Below, piece after piece: positions 17,927 to 27,431 of a DNA stretch of 64,000 bases. The stretch's first letter is position 1; every line of letters begins with the position of its first letter. Source of the stretch: a virus (Duplodnaviria > Caudoviricetes). The stretch lies in the IMG/VR virus record IMGVR_UViG_3300032275_000001, positions 45,995-109,994 of that record; one strand, written 5' to 3'. A program made the position numbers and the translations under genes. Under the pieces are notes generated by a model, which worked only from the letters and a program-made list of their open reading frames with translations, ran no database searches and was not told the DNA's origin.

Positions 17927-20900
17927 ATGGCTGAAGAACAATCACAAGGAAATATAAAACAAGAACTTAACAGTGCTAATATAGGGTTAAACCTAGATAG
18001 CACATTAAATCAAATTAAACAGGGCACGCTCACGTATGCCCTGAATGCTGCTTTAGAAAACTTTGATTCTTCCTCTGTCAACTATCAGAATGAACAAGGA
18101 AATGAATTTTGTGTAAAATTTCCAGAAGAATATGTATTAATAGGAACACATTTTATTAATGAGCAAAGTAAACATATATTCTTTATCACCAATCCAAATA
18201 CAGGAGATAGTGAAATAGGATATATGGATAACAATGATTGTATCTATCGTAAATTAGTTAATGCACCATGCCTTAATTTTAATGTTGACCATCCTATACA
18301 CAAAGCTGTACATAAAATTACAAATTGTACAACAGAAATATATTGGACAGATGGATTCAATCCTAGAAGATATTTAGATTTAAATGATATTCCATATATA
18401 TTAAAAAGTGAGTCTCCTCTTTGTGATCCTAAATATACAGATGAATTAGATTGTAATCAATTAAAACTACAACCTAATTTTAACATTCCAAACCTTGCTA
18501 TTGCAGATATTACTACAGGAGGTTCTCTTCTTGCTGGTACATATCAGTTTGCAGCACAGTATTCTGATGCTGTAGGTAATCCTTTCACTTCTTATTATTC
18601 AATCACCAATCCTACACCAATTGCTGATCCACAGATTGCAACAGTTAACTTTAACTATGTTGTAGGAAAGTCTATTGTTGTTGATGTAAGTAACTTAGAT
18701 TCTTCTGGACAGTTTCAATATTTTAATTTAGCTGTTATTAAAACAGTGAATGCAATTACATCTGTAGAATTAATTGGAACATATTTTATAGATAATACAT
18801 CTTTAAATATAACTTACACAGGACAGATTAATGATAACATTCGTTTATCAATGAATGATGTATTTGAGAAGTTTCCATATTATGATGTAGCAGAAGATTT
18901 AACAGCTGTACAAGACGTTCTTGTATGGGATGGACTTACATCTATAGATAGAATTAATTATCAATCCATAGCCACGCAAATAGATTTGTTGTGGGAAACA
19001 TATCAGATTCCTTCAAATGAAAACTATGCAGATGAATTAAATGCTACAAACCTTAGAGGATATCTTCGTGATGAAGTGTATGCATTTGAAATTGTATTCT
19101 TATTAAAGAATGGAAAACAAACAGATGGTTTCCATATTCCTGGTAGAACATTAACTATACAAGAACAATCTCTTCCAAATATTCATATTACTAATAATGA
19201 TTTTATTGGTGAACCAGAACCAGATACAGATTATAGTCCTTATTGGAAAATATATAATACAGCTTCTGTTATTGGTAATGCTACTGGAGATAAAATTGGT
19301 AATGCCACTCCATATGAATATGGTAATTTTGCATATTGGGAATCAACAGAAAAATATCCATGTAACATAGATCTTTGGGGAGCTCTAGCTGATCAACCAA
19401 TTAGACATCATAAGTTTCCAGATGTATTAGTTAGTCCTATTACACGACCAGCTGTGATATATGATCCTGCAAAGGGTCTTGCTCGTCAAAATAACTATGT
19501 ATATCCAATAGGAGTTAAAATAGATACAGCACAAGTCTATGATTTAATAGATACATCAAATTTAACATCAGATCAAAAAGCTGATATAGTAGGATATAAA
19601 ATAGTAAGAGGAGATAGAGGTACAAATAAATCTATTGTAGCAAAAGGTATTCTTCGTAATGTTGGAGAATATACAAGAGAAGAACAACCTTTTTATTTTC
19701 CTAACTATCCGTATAATGATATTACTGAAGATCCATTTCTTAATGCAAACAATAATGCTTGGTCAGATTTATGTGAAAGATTTATAATAAATGTATTAAA
19801 GCTACCTTCAAAAACAACACTTGGTGTACCTTGTTTAACAATAAGATATGTAAGTTGCAATAGTAATAAAGAATCAACTGAGGAATTTACAACAACAGGT
19901 ATTCATTATATTTGCTCTATAGGTAAACCAACTATAACAAGTCCTGGTGTAACTAATACAATTGATTATAGTCGTGGATGTAATCCAGTACCAAATATAT
20001 CTGATTCAAATTGTATAGGTACAGTTAGTTATGCTGATTATGATGTGTATAAAATAAGATCAGGAAATCATTGTGAATGGCCTGGTTTACAATGTTCTGG
20101 TTGGGGAGCAGAATGGGATGATCCAATTTCTGGACCAGGTGCATATGTATGGATGAAACCAGGTAATAGTTATTGTATACGTGTTAAAAAAGATCAAAAA
20201 CCTTATAGAGTAAGTGGTTCTAGTAAGTGCGGTTGTAATGACATTTCTTTACAATCTACAGTGAGAGATACATCTTGTGGAGCTGTTGCACCACTCACTC
20301 CTATATCAAACAATCCTTCTAGTACGTATAGACAAATATTTAATTCTCCAGAAACTTCTTTTGGTCAACCATTCTTAGGAGATATTCTTAAACTTGAGAA
20401 TGTAATGTTTGGTGCTGGTAAAGCACATTTTGTACCAGTTAAAAGTAATGCCAAGTATAGACTTCTTTCTAAAGAGGCACAAGAAGATGCTCTTGCTAGT
20501 TCCAATAGATTAGCTGCTTATACAAGTCCATTTAATTCCACTGCTATGTGGACAGCATACCAAGCATATTTACAAATATATATAAATGGTATAACTAGAA
20601 GAAACTATGCTTATTCATTTAACTCTACAGCTAGCTATGATTACAATGCAATAATTACTAATAGTGGAGATAAACAGAGAACATTAGATATTAAAAGATA
20701 TTTAATTCCAGGAGTACAAAATGTAGGTGATGATCGCAATGTGAATAACTATCAAAGAGAATCTTCTGTTTATTTAAAAACAGATGAATATAGAGAAGAT
20801 GGTACTACTTCAGTTGCACCATTACCATTTCCTAGTAATAGTACAGAGATGGCTAGTATAGGAATCAAAGATAGATCCAGACTCACTATAGGTGGTAGTG

Positions 20901-23206
20901 GTAGATGTGCTACTCCTGCAAGAGAACAAGATATAACTGTTGTTTCTTATTATGCTTCATTAAAAAATACATTTGTAAATCAATATGGACAGATGTATTC
21001 TTATGATACAATTGATACAGGATTCCAAAGAAGTGTAACAGCTAATACTTCTGCTACAATATTTGGAGGAGATACATTTATATCTAGGTTTGCATTTAAA
21101 ACTAAGCTTCCTTTCTTTATAGACAATAGAGTTAATGCTCCTGATGATAGTGATATATTCTATGATGAGATTGGTAACATAGCTTATCCAAAATATTGGC
21201 ACTCAGCTAGATCTATTCTATCAGATTATACAGCTAAATCAGGCACACTATCTAATGTAATTTCATACAAAGCTCATGAGTTTGATTGTCCTAATGATCA
21301 ACGTCTAGTACCATCAACAGCTAAATCAGATACTAATCCTAATAGAACATTCTATGATGGATATTTTTATTTGTTTGCATATGGTATTCCTAACTTCTAT
21401 TGTGAGAGTTCTTATAACACAGACCTAAGACAAGCATTCAATAACAAAGAAGGGGACTTCTGGCCACATGTATCAACAGGTATTCCTGATGATTGGATGC
21501 AAGAAGATTTTGTATCAATAGCAAATGATAATACATATACATATAATGTAACATTCTCTAAACAAAATAAAGAAAATACATTTACGCATTTACCAGCAGA
21601 TTATAATGGAAATCCATGTTATACATACTACCCATTTAGAGCTGTATACTCAGATGCACAAAACACTGATGCTGACAATAGAGTGAATAGTTGGTTAACA
21701 TACAGAGCTATTTCTTATTATGACTTTCCTCAGAACTATGGTAAACTTATATCATTAGATGGTATTCAAAACAAAGCTGTATTAGCTAGGTTTGAAAACA
21801 AAACATTAATGTATAACAACCTCCTTACAATTGATACAAGTAATCCACAAGCTGCATATGTAGGTAATCCTAATATGTTCAAAGGAGCACCTCCTATTGA
21901 CTTTGCAGAAACAGATCTTGGATACGTAGGTAGTCAAAACAAAATGTTATTAAAGATTCCTCAAGGGCAAATTACAGTTGATGCAAAAAGAGGACAAGTG
22001 TTTCTTATACAAGGAACACAAGTAGAAGACTTATCTGCATTTGGTTCTGGAATGAATAGATTCTTTACAGACCATTTAGCTTTTGAAATACTTAGATATT
22101 TTCCAAAAGTAGATACAGATAACAATTTTAATGGTATAGGATTACATGGTGTATATGATAGTAAGTTTGATAGAGTTATACTTACTAAATTAGATTATAT
22201 TCCATTGAGTAATAATATTAAATATGATCCTACAACAAGAGATTTCTACATAGAAGAATCTTTAGGAAATAATATTTTATTTAAAACAATAGTAAGTTTA
22301 AAAGATTCAGATTATTTCTGTAATAAATCTTGGACTCTTTCATTTAATGTAAATACTAAAAGTTGGGTAAGCTTTCATAGTTATATTCCTAATTGGTATA
22401 TAGCAGAAAACAATTTCTTTTATTCTGGTATAAATGGGTGTTGTGATGAGTTTGATTTTGTTGCAGGAGAATTAGTTCCTACACCAAGTACCACTACTAC
22501 TAGTAGCAGCACATCTACAACCACTACTACATCAACAACACAAGTACCATTAGATTGTACATTAGAAGGAGAAGTAACATTAACTAATTGTGAATTAGAA
22601 GGAACAGGTGTAATCACTATACCTCCTATACCACCACCATGTCAAAGACCTATGAATTTACCAGTATTTGAATTTATAACAGGATATAATATAATATATC
22701 CTCCTTCAACAGTTGTATCTACAGGAAGTCAAGCAGATGCTTGTGACTCTATGAACTACTACAATGAAATTTTTGGACTAGATCCAAATGTAGAATTTAA
22801 TGATATTTTAGCAGAAGTTGTAAATATTGAAATTAATCAAACTGTATATGATGGTACAACAGGTACAGATTGTACATTGATACCTGATGGTTGGTATTAT
22901 ACAGATGAGACAGCAGGTAGTAGTAATGTATTCAGTGTAGTTAATGGTATAATAACTGAAATAGTTAATTGTCCTTCAGATACAACAACAACAACTACTA
23001 CATCACCAAATTGTTTCTCATTTACAGTGCGTAAATCAACACCAGGTACTGTAGCAGTAACTTATATTGATTGTTCAGGAGAACCAGCAAGTGTGAATAT
23101 TGGTAACCCATCACCAGGTGGACCTACTGAAACAACATTCTGTGCACGTAATGGAAGTATAGTTGTACCTGCTGAGGTAACATTAAGTAATAATGGATCT
23201 TGTTAA
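17927..23206 (+). CDS. Tail stabilisation / muzzle protein, main part, with appended poly-Thr-linked modules
   Basis: 1759 aa with 'IYWTDG.NPRRY', 'GYLRDEVYAF.IVF', 'FGGDTFI', 'WTLSF....SWVSFHSYIP' typical of crAss-like stabilisers. Confidence 0.75.
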   Translation: MAEEQSQGNIKQELNSANIGLNLDSTLNQIKQGTLTYALNAALENFDSSSVNYQNEQGNEFCVKFPEEYVLIGTHFINEQSKHIFFITNPNTGDSEIGYMDNNDCIYRKLVNAPCLNFNVDHPIHKAVHKITNCTTEIYWTDGFNPRRYLDLNDIPYILKSESPLCDPKYTDELDCNQLKLQPNFNIPNLAIADITTGGSLLAGTYQFAAQYSDAVGNPFTSYYSITNPTPIADPQIATVNFNYVVGKSIVVDVSNLDSSGQFQYFNLAVIKTVNAITSVELIGTYFIDNTSLNITYTGQINDNIRLSMNDVFEKFPYYDVAEDLTAVQDVLVWDGLTSIDRINYQSIATQIDLLWETYQIPSNENYADELNATNLRGYLRDEVYAFEIVFLLKNGKQTDGFHIPGRTLTIQEQSLPNIHITNNDFIGEPEPDTDYSPYWKIYNTASVIGNATGDKIGNATPYEYGNFAYWESTEKYPCNIDLWGALADQPIRHHKFPDVLVSPITRPAVIYDPAKGLARQNNYVYPIGVKIDTAQVYDLIDTSNLTSDQKADIVGYKIVRGDRGTNKSIVAKGILRNVGEYTREEQPFYFPNYPYNDITEDPFLNANNNAWSDLCERFIINVLKLPSKTTLGVPCLTIRYVSCNSNKESTEEFTTTGIHYICSIGKPTITSPGVTNTIDYSRGCNPVPNISDSNCIGTVSYADYDVYKIRSGNHCEWPGLQCSGWGAEWDDPISGPGAYVWMKPGNSYCIRVKKDQKPYRVSGSSKCGCNDISLQSTVRDTSCGAVAPLTPISNNPSSTYRQIFNSPETSFGQPFLGDILKLENVMFGAGKAHFVPVKSNAKYRLLSKEAQEDALASSNRLAAYTSPFNSTAMWTAYQAYLQIYINGITRRNYAYSFNSTASYDYNAIITNSGDKQRTLDIKRYLIPGVQNVGDDRNVNNYQRESSVYLKTDEYREDGTTSVAPLPFPSNSTEMASIGIKDRSRLTIGGSGRCATPAREQDITVVSYYASLKNTFVNQYGQMYSYDTIDTGFQRSVTANTSATIFGGDTFISRFAFKTKLPFFIDNRVNAPDDSDIFYDEIGNIAYPKYWHSARSILSDYTAKSGTLSNVISYKAHEFDCPNDQRLVPSTAKSDTNPNRTFYDGYFYLFAYGIPNFYCESSYNTDLRQAFNNKEGDFWPHVSTGIPDDWMQEDFVSIANDNTYTYNVTFSKQNKENTFTHLPADYNGNPCYTYYPFRAVYSDAQNTDADNRVNSWLTYRAISYYDFPQNYGKLISLDGIQNKAVLARFENKTLMYNNLLTIDTSNPQAAYVGNPNMFKGAPPIDFAETDLGYVGSQNKMLLKIPQGQITVDAKRGQVFLIQGTQVEDLSAFGSGMNRFFTDHLAFEILRYFPKVDTDNNFNGIGLHGVYDSKFDRVILTKLDYIPLSNNIKYDPTTRDFYIEESLGNNILFKTIVSLKDSDYFCNKSWTLSFNVNTKSWVSFHSYIPNWYIAENNFFYSGINGCCDEFDFVAGELVPTPSTTTTSSSTSTTTTTSTTQVPLDCTLEGEVTLTNCELEGTGVITIPPIPPPCQRPMNLPVFEFITGYNIIYPPSTVVSTGSQADACDSMNYYNEIFGLDPNVEFNDILAEVVNIEINQTVYDGTTGTDCTLIPDGWYYTDETAGSSNVFSVVNGIITEIVNCPSDTTTTTTTSPNCFSFTVRKSTPGTVAVTYIDCSGEPASVNIGNPSPGGPTETTFCARNGSIVVPAEVTLSNNGSC

Positions 23207-23215
23207 TAAATTAAT

Positions 23216-24082
23216 ATGTCAAAAACAATAACAATAAAGTTAACACAAGTGGCACCATCTTCTGGACCATTCTCAATCTATGATCAGTTTGGGAATGTAA
23301 TAGCAGAAGATGTGCCTAAGAAAACTCTTATGCGTGGTATGAGTTATATTGTGAATGATGATGTAAGATTAATTACCCTTAAGTCTATAGGTGATTGTAC
23401 ATCAGAAAAAACAATATACCTAAAAGATATTACAGAAGCAGAGTATATTAATATTAAGGTAAAACAGATTGTTACAGGATGTATATGGAGACACTTAACT
23501 AATATACAATTATACAATTCTTATTATGGTGTAACACATCCGTACATAATTGAATATCCATTTGCTTATAGGTTCCAAGATGAAATCTTACAGAATGTAA
23601 AAGACTATACAAAAGCATATGAATATATATCTATACCAGATGGTGTATTTAATGATAACACAAGAATAGAAACAAACAACAAGTGGTTTAACAAAGCTAT
23701 TCTATACAATGGACAACAGAGTTCAGGAGTGTTGAATCTTGTCGCTAAACCTCTTAATGATATGCGTGCGTACATGCAATATCCAATATTCAATACAGAT
23801 AGTAAAACAATCACATACACTAAGAGTGATAACTTCTATCAATACAATACATTCTGGGCACTTCAGAAAAGTTCTCAAGTTCCATTGTTTAATACAGGCT
23901 GTGAAAGTCTTTCTATTGATAAGGTGATTAACCAAAGCAATATGGATTATGGATCAAGAAGTTTCAAGAAAGCTACACTAAGAGCTAAGGAGCTCAAGAT
24001 ACGTCATATATTAGATGACAATTGTACAACGCATTTAGTGAGTCAATTCATAATTGCTCCTGCACAAATCTCTTACAAGTAA
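23216..24082 (+). CDS. Probable C-terminal part of the muzzle/stabiliser with an added N-terminal domain
   Basis: 'IWRH...YNSYYG...PYIIEY', 'FNKAILYN.QQSSG.LNL' and 'LRAKE.KIR' resemble stabiliser C-termini. First ~70 aa are paralogous to the N-termini of 12326 and 12958. Confidence 0.55.
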   Translation: MSKTITIKLTQVAPSSGPFSIYDQFGNVIAEDVPKKTLMRGMSYIVNDDVRLITLKSIGDCTSEKTIYLKDITEAEYINIKVKQIVTGCIWRHLTNIQLYNSYYGVTHPYIIEYPFAYRFQDEILQNVKDYTKAYEYISIPDGVFNDNTRIETNNKWFNKAILYNGQQSSGVLNLVAKPLNDMRAYMQYPIFNTDSKTITYTKSDNFYQYNTFWALQKSSQVPLFNTGCESLSIDKVINQSNMDYGSRSFKKATLRAKELKIRHILDDNCTTHLVSQFIIAPAQISYK

Positions 24083-24714
24083 TGAGTGGTACAGGTATAT
24101 ATACAATAACTAATATTATTACTGGACATATATATGTAGGTTGTACTAAAAGAACTTTTAATATCAGATGGGGACTTCATAAACGACAGTTAGAAGCAGG
24201 AATACATAATAATACATATTTACAAAGAGCTTGGAATATATATGGTAAAGAAAACTTTATATTTGAAATTTTAGTAGAATGTGATAAAGATATAATATAT
24301 AGTGAAGAACATTACTGGGCTACATTATTAAATGTCCATAATAGAAAGTATGGATATAATTTAAAACCAACACATCCTAATAATGTATCGTTAACATCGC
24401 TAGAGACTAGAGATAAAATTAGAACCAAAGCAACTGGTAGAAAATGGTCAGAAGAATATAAACAACTATTTAAACAAAGCAAACTAGGTAAAAAACATTC
24501 TGAAGAGCATAAACATAAAGCTGCAAAAGGAAAATATAAATCTATTTTACAATATAGTTTAGATGGTATATTTATAAAAGAGTGGGAGTCAGGTAAATCT
24601 GCTTCTATTAGTTTAAATTTAAGTACTAGTAATATAACTTTTGCATTAAAGAAAATTACAAAAACATGTGGAGGATTTATATGGAAATATAAAGATATAA
24701 ATTATGAAAAATAA
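24082..24714 (+). CDS. Free-standing GIY-YIG homing endonuclease (NUMOD3/NUMOD1 modules)
   Basis: MSGTGIYTITNIITGHIYVGC, R...H...L...H.N.YLQRAW, GYN, GKKHSEE and C-terminal HTH. Start at the TAATG overlap (24082) preferred over 24022. Confidence 0.9.
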   Translation: MSGTGIYTITNIITGHIYVGCTKRTFNIRWGLHKRQLEAGIHNNTYLQRAWNIYGKENFIFEILVECDKDIIYSEEHYWATLLNVHNRKYGYNLKPTHPNNVSLTSLETRDKIRTKATGRKWSEEYKQLFKQSKLGKKHSEEHKHKAAKGKYKSILQYSLDGIFIKEWESGKSASISLNLSTSNITFALKKITKTCGGFIWKYKDINYEK

Positions 24715-26743
24715 GTGGTTAGATAATTATAATGATTCTTCTGTATCATTACCAGAAGGATATGTAGGAGAAGGAATATTCAATGGTCCTATATTTGAAA
24801 ACCCTGCTGTTAAAGGACAGTTTCAAATGGGTGGTAATATACCAGGAGCTGTAGGACATATGTATGCTAGAACAGGATCTCCTAGTAAAGGACCACGTAG
24901 AAACCAAACTGATGTTACAGATGCTTCTGCACAGAATGGCAAAGAGATGCAATACTACCAACAAGGATTAGATTGGAAACCAAAAAGTATTAGTAGAGAT
25001 GGTGCATGGTTAGATCAATATGATGTAGCACAGAATGGTAAAAAGAAATTTAAATTAAAGGATGAAAGAGAAGATGCATATACTGTACGAGATAATATAC
25101 AACCATTGTCTTTAAAACAAAAAAGAGGAAATGAACTTTTAATTAAGGAAACAGAAAATGCAAAAAAAGACAAACAAGAATTAACTAATACAGGACAAAT
25201 TAAAAATCCTAGATCTATTCATTATAAAAAACTTGCACCTAAACAAGCAGATTTAAAAACACAAACTAAATCAAATGAAGAACTAGAAGGGCAACTAGGA
25301 TTAGAAAGACCTTTAGTATATTTAGCTAGTCCTGAAAAATTATTAGGAGATTTAGGTGTACCAGGAATGGAAACTTCTGAATTAGACAGACAAGCAGTAA
25401 TGGCTAATAGATTTAATCCTAATCAATCAAGAGAAGAAAGATTTATAAATAATGCTAATATAGGACTAGGGTATGTACCAGAAGCAACAGTAAATACAGC
25501 AATGGCTGCAGCATTTATGCCTGAAGGAAGTGGTGCATTAGGATTAGTTAATGAAGCTTTAAATCCTTTTGCTGGTATGGATAATGGTTTATTTAAAAAT
25601 ATACCAACAAGTATAGCTCCTGAGTTAAGACAAGGATTACAGACAGCAGGAATATCAGATTTATATAAAATTAATCCATTGGCAACTAAAATTGATGATG
25701 CAGCAACTAAAATAGTTGGTGAAGGAAAAAATTCTTTTATATATGATCCTGCTAAAACTATGTACAATAGAACATATGAATCAACTCCAAACTTTCTTAC
25801 AGGGTATAAAAAAATTAAAAAACCTAATAAATTAGATTTTAGTCCTATAATAGATTTACGTACTGAAGAGTTTAAAAATAAAGCACTTCAAAATTTTAAA
25901 ACTCTTACAGGAGGAAAAGCAGATGATATAGATTTAGAACAATTTGTAGACTATTTTAAAAAAGAACAAGAAAGATTATTTACAAAATTGGAATATCAAG
26001 ATTTTTTATCTAATATAAACAGAGAAAAATATTATGATACTCCTGAGTGGAAAAATGTATGGGATGATTCTAGAGATCAAGCAGAAGATATTTTTGGAAA
26101 AATAGAACAAACATTACAACAAAAATCTTCTCCACTAGGAAAAAGATTAGGTTCTGGTGCAGAAGGAAGTGTTTATGAATTAGCAGATGATCCTGATAAG
26201 GTTATTAAAATAGGAAACACTTTTAAAACAAGTAGTGCAGATGATTTAGTAAAATCTTTTGAAGGTATTACAGATGATAATATAGCAAGAGTTTTAAGAG
26301 CACATCAAGATAATAAACATCTTATTGAAATAATGCCTAATTTAAATGCAAATGCAAAATTTAGTAATTTTACAAAAGAACAAGTTTTAGGCAAATTAGA
26401 AAAAGATGCGAAAGGTCTTATGGATAGAGGGTTTCAATTAGACGTTGATAATATTAATGGTAATTTTAGATATAACCCTGATAAAAATAAAGTTGATATT
26501 TATGATATTTCAAAACCTGCTGCTGGACAAACAAGTCAAAACCCAGAAGCAGTTCTCAGAATACTAAGAGATCATTTTAATAATGATTATAGAATATCAG
26601 GAACACATCCTTCATATGATCCTAATATGCCTACTCCTGAATTTAAACAAGGTGGAATCATTAAAGATGATAGAGGACAATGGGCAAAAAATAAAAAAAA
26701 TTTATTACCTTTACAATCTAACTGGTTAAATAAATTTGAATAA
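24704..26743 (+). CDS. Putative ejected (cargo) protein with protein-kinase-like domain
   Basis: LGSGAEGSVYE...KVIKIG, D.DNINGNF and IYDI motifs in the C-terminal third; xxxGG repeats; located at the start of the cargo block. Confidence 0.6.
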   Translation: MKNKWLDNYNDSSVSLPEGYVGEGIFNGPIFENPAVKGQFQMGGNIPGAVGHMYARTGSPSKGPRRNQTDVTDASAQNGKEMQYYQQGLDWKPKSISRDGAWLDQYDVAQNGKKKFKLKDEREDAYTVRDNIQPLSLKQKRGNELLIKETENAKKDKQELTNTGQIKNPRSIHYKKLAPKQADLKTQTKSNEELEGQLGLERPLVYLASPEKLLGDLGVPGMETSELDRQAVMANRFNPNQSREERFINNANIGLGYVPEATVNTAMAAAFMPEGSGALGLVNEALNPFAGMDNGLFKNIPTSIAPELRQGLQTAGISDLYKINPLATKIDDAATKIVGEGKNSFIYDPAKTMYNRTYESTPNFLTGYKKIKKPNKLDFSPIIDLRTEEFKNKALQNFKTLTGGKADDIDLEQFVDYFKKEQERLFTKLEYQDFLSNINREKYYDTPEWKNVWDDSRDQAEDIFGKIEQTLQQKSSPLGKRLGSGAEGSVYELADDPDKVIKIGNTFKTSSADDLVKSFEGITDDNIARVLRAHQDNKHLIEIMPNLNANAKFSNFTKEQVLGKLEKDAKGLMDRGFQLDVDNINGNFRYNPDKNKVDIYDISKPAAGQTSQNPEAVLRILRDHFNNDYRISGTHPSYDPNMPTPEFKQGGIIKDDRGQWAKNKKNLLPLQSNWLNKFE

Positions 26744-27431
26744 AATGGTAACACAAGATTATAAATATCAAACTATAGAAGGTGTAGTAAACAAAAGATG
26801 TTCAAGATGTAGAGTTTTTAAACCTGTTACTTTTGAGTATTATGCTAAAGGACAAGATAGTAAACATGGAATTAAATCACATTGTTTAGAATGTAATAAT
26901 AAGCCTAAATTTAACTTTCCTAATTTTAATGAGAAGGGGTTATTGTTTTGTAGAAAATGTGAAATATATAAAACTGAAGAAGAGTTTCATACACAAAAAG
27001 AAAACAAGCATAGAAATGGTAAAACTAGTAATTGTAAACAATGTAATAATGATTATAAAACTAATTTTAGAAAGTCTACAAAAGGTGAAAACTTAGAGAG
27101 GCATTTAAGTAAAATACTTTCTACATGTAAACTTAGGAGTAAAAAATTAAAATTATCAAGTTTTGAATTTGAGTTAGATGTAAATTTTTTAAAACACTTA
27201 TTTGAAACACAAAATAAAAAGTGTAAATTGTCTGGATTAGAAATGACTTATATTATTAACAATGGTAAATCTATATATAACATTTCTGTAGATAGAATTA
27301 AAAGTAATAAAGGTTATACAAAAGATAATGTACAGTTAGTTTGTAATCAAATTAATACAATGAAAAATTCTTTAGAAGAGGAGAATTTTTTATTTTTTTG
27401 CAAAACAATAGTTAATAATTATGAAAGGTAA
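26736..27431 (+). CDS. Zinc-finger HNH-type (His-Me) homing endonuclease
   Basis: Four CxxC pairs, then KCKLSGLEM...SVDRI.SNKGY.KDNVQLVC..IN.MK; overlaps both neighbours. Confidence 0.8.
   Translation: MNKMVTQDYKYQTIEGVVNKRCSRCRVFKPVTFEYYAKGQDSKHGIKSHCLECNNKPKFNFPNFNEKGLLFCRKCEIYKTEEEFHTQKENKHRNGKTSNCKQCNNDYKTNFRKSTKGENLERHLSKILSTCKLRSKKLKLSSFEFELDVNFLKHLFETQNKKCKLSGLEMTYIINNGKSIYNISVDRIKSNKGYTKDNVQLVCNQINTMKNSLEEENFLFFCKTIVNNYER

Noticed and set aside
24022-24081. TTG start giving a 230-aa endonuclease
   Set aside because: The ATG at 24082 overlaps the upstream stop and sits right before the GIY motif.
896-27431. Group I introns or inteins hosting the endonucleases
   Set aside because: The ORFs overlap or abut neighbours with no room for a ribozyme core, host genes have their own stops, and no intein splice motifs were seen.
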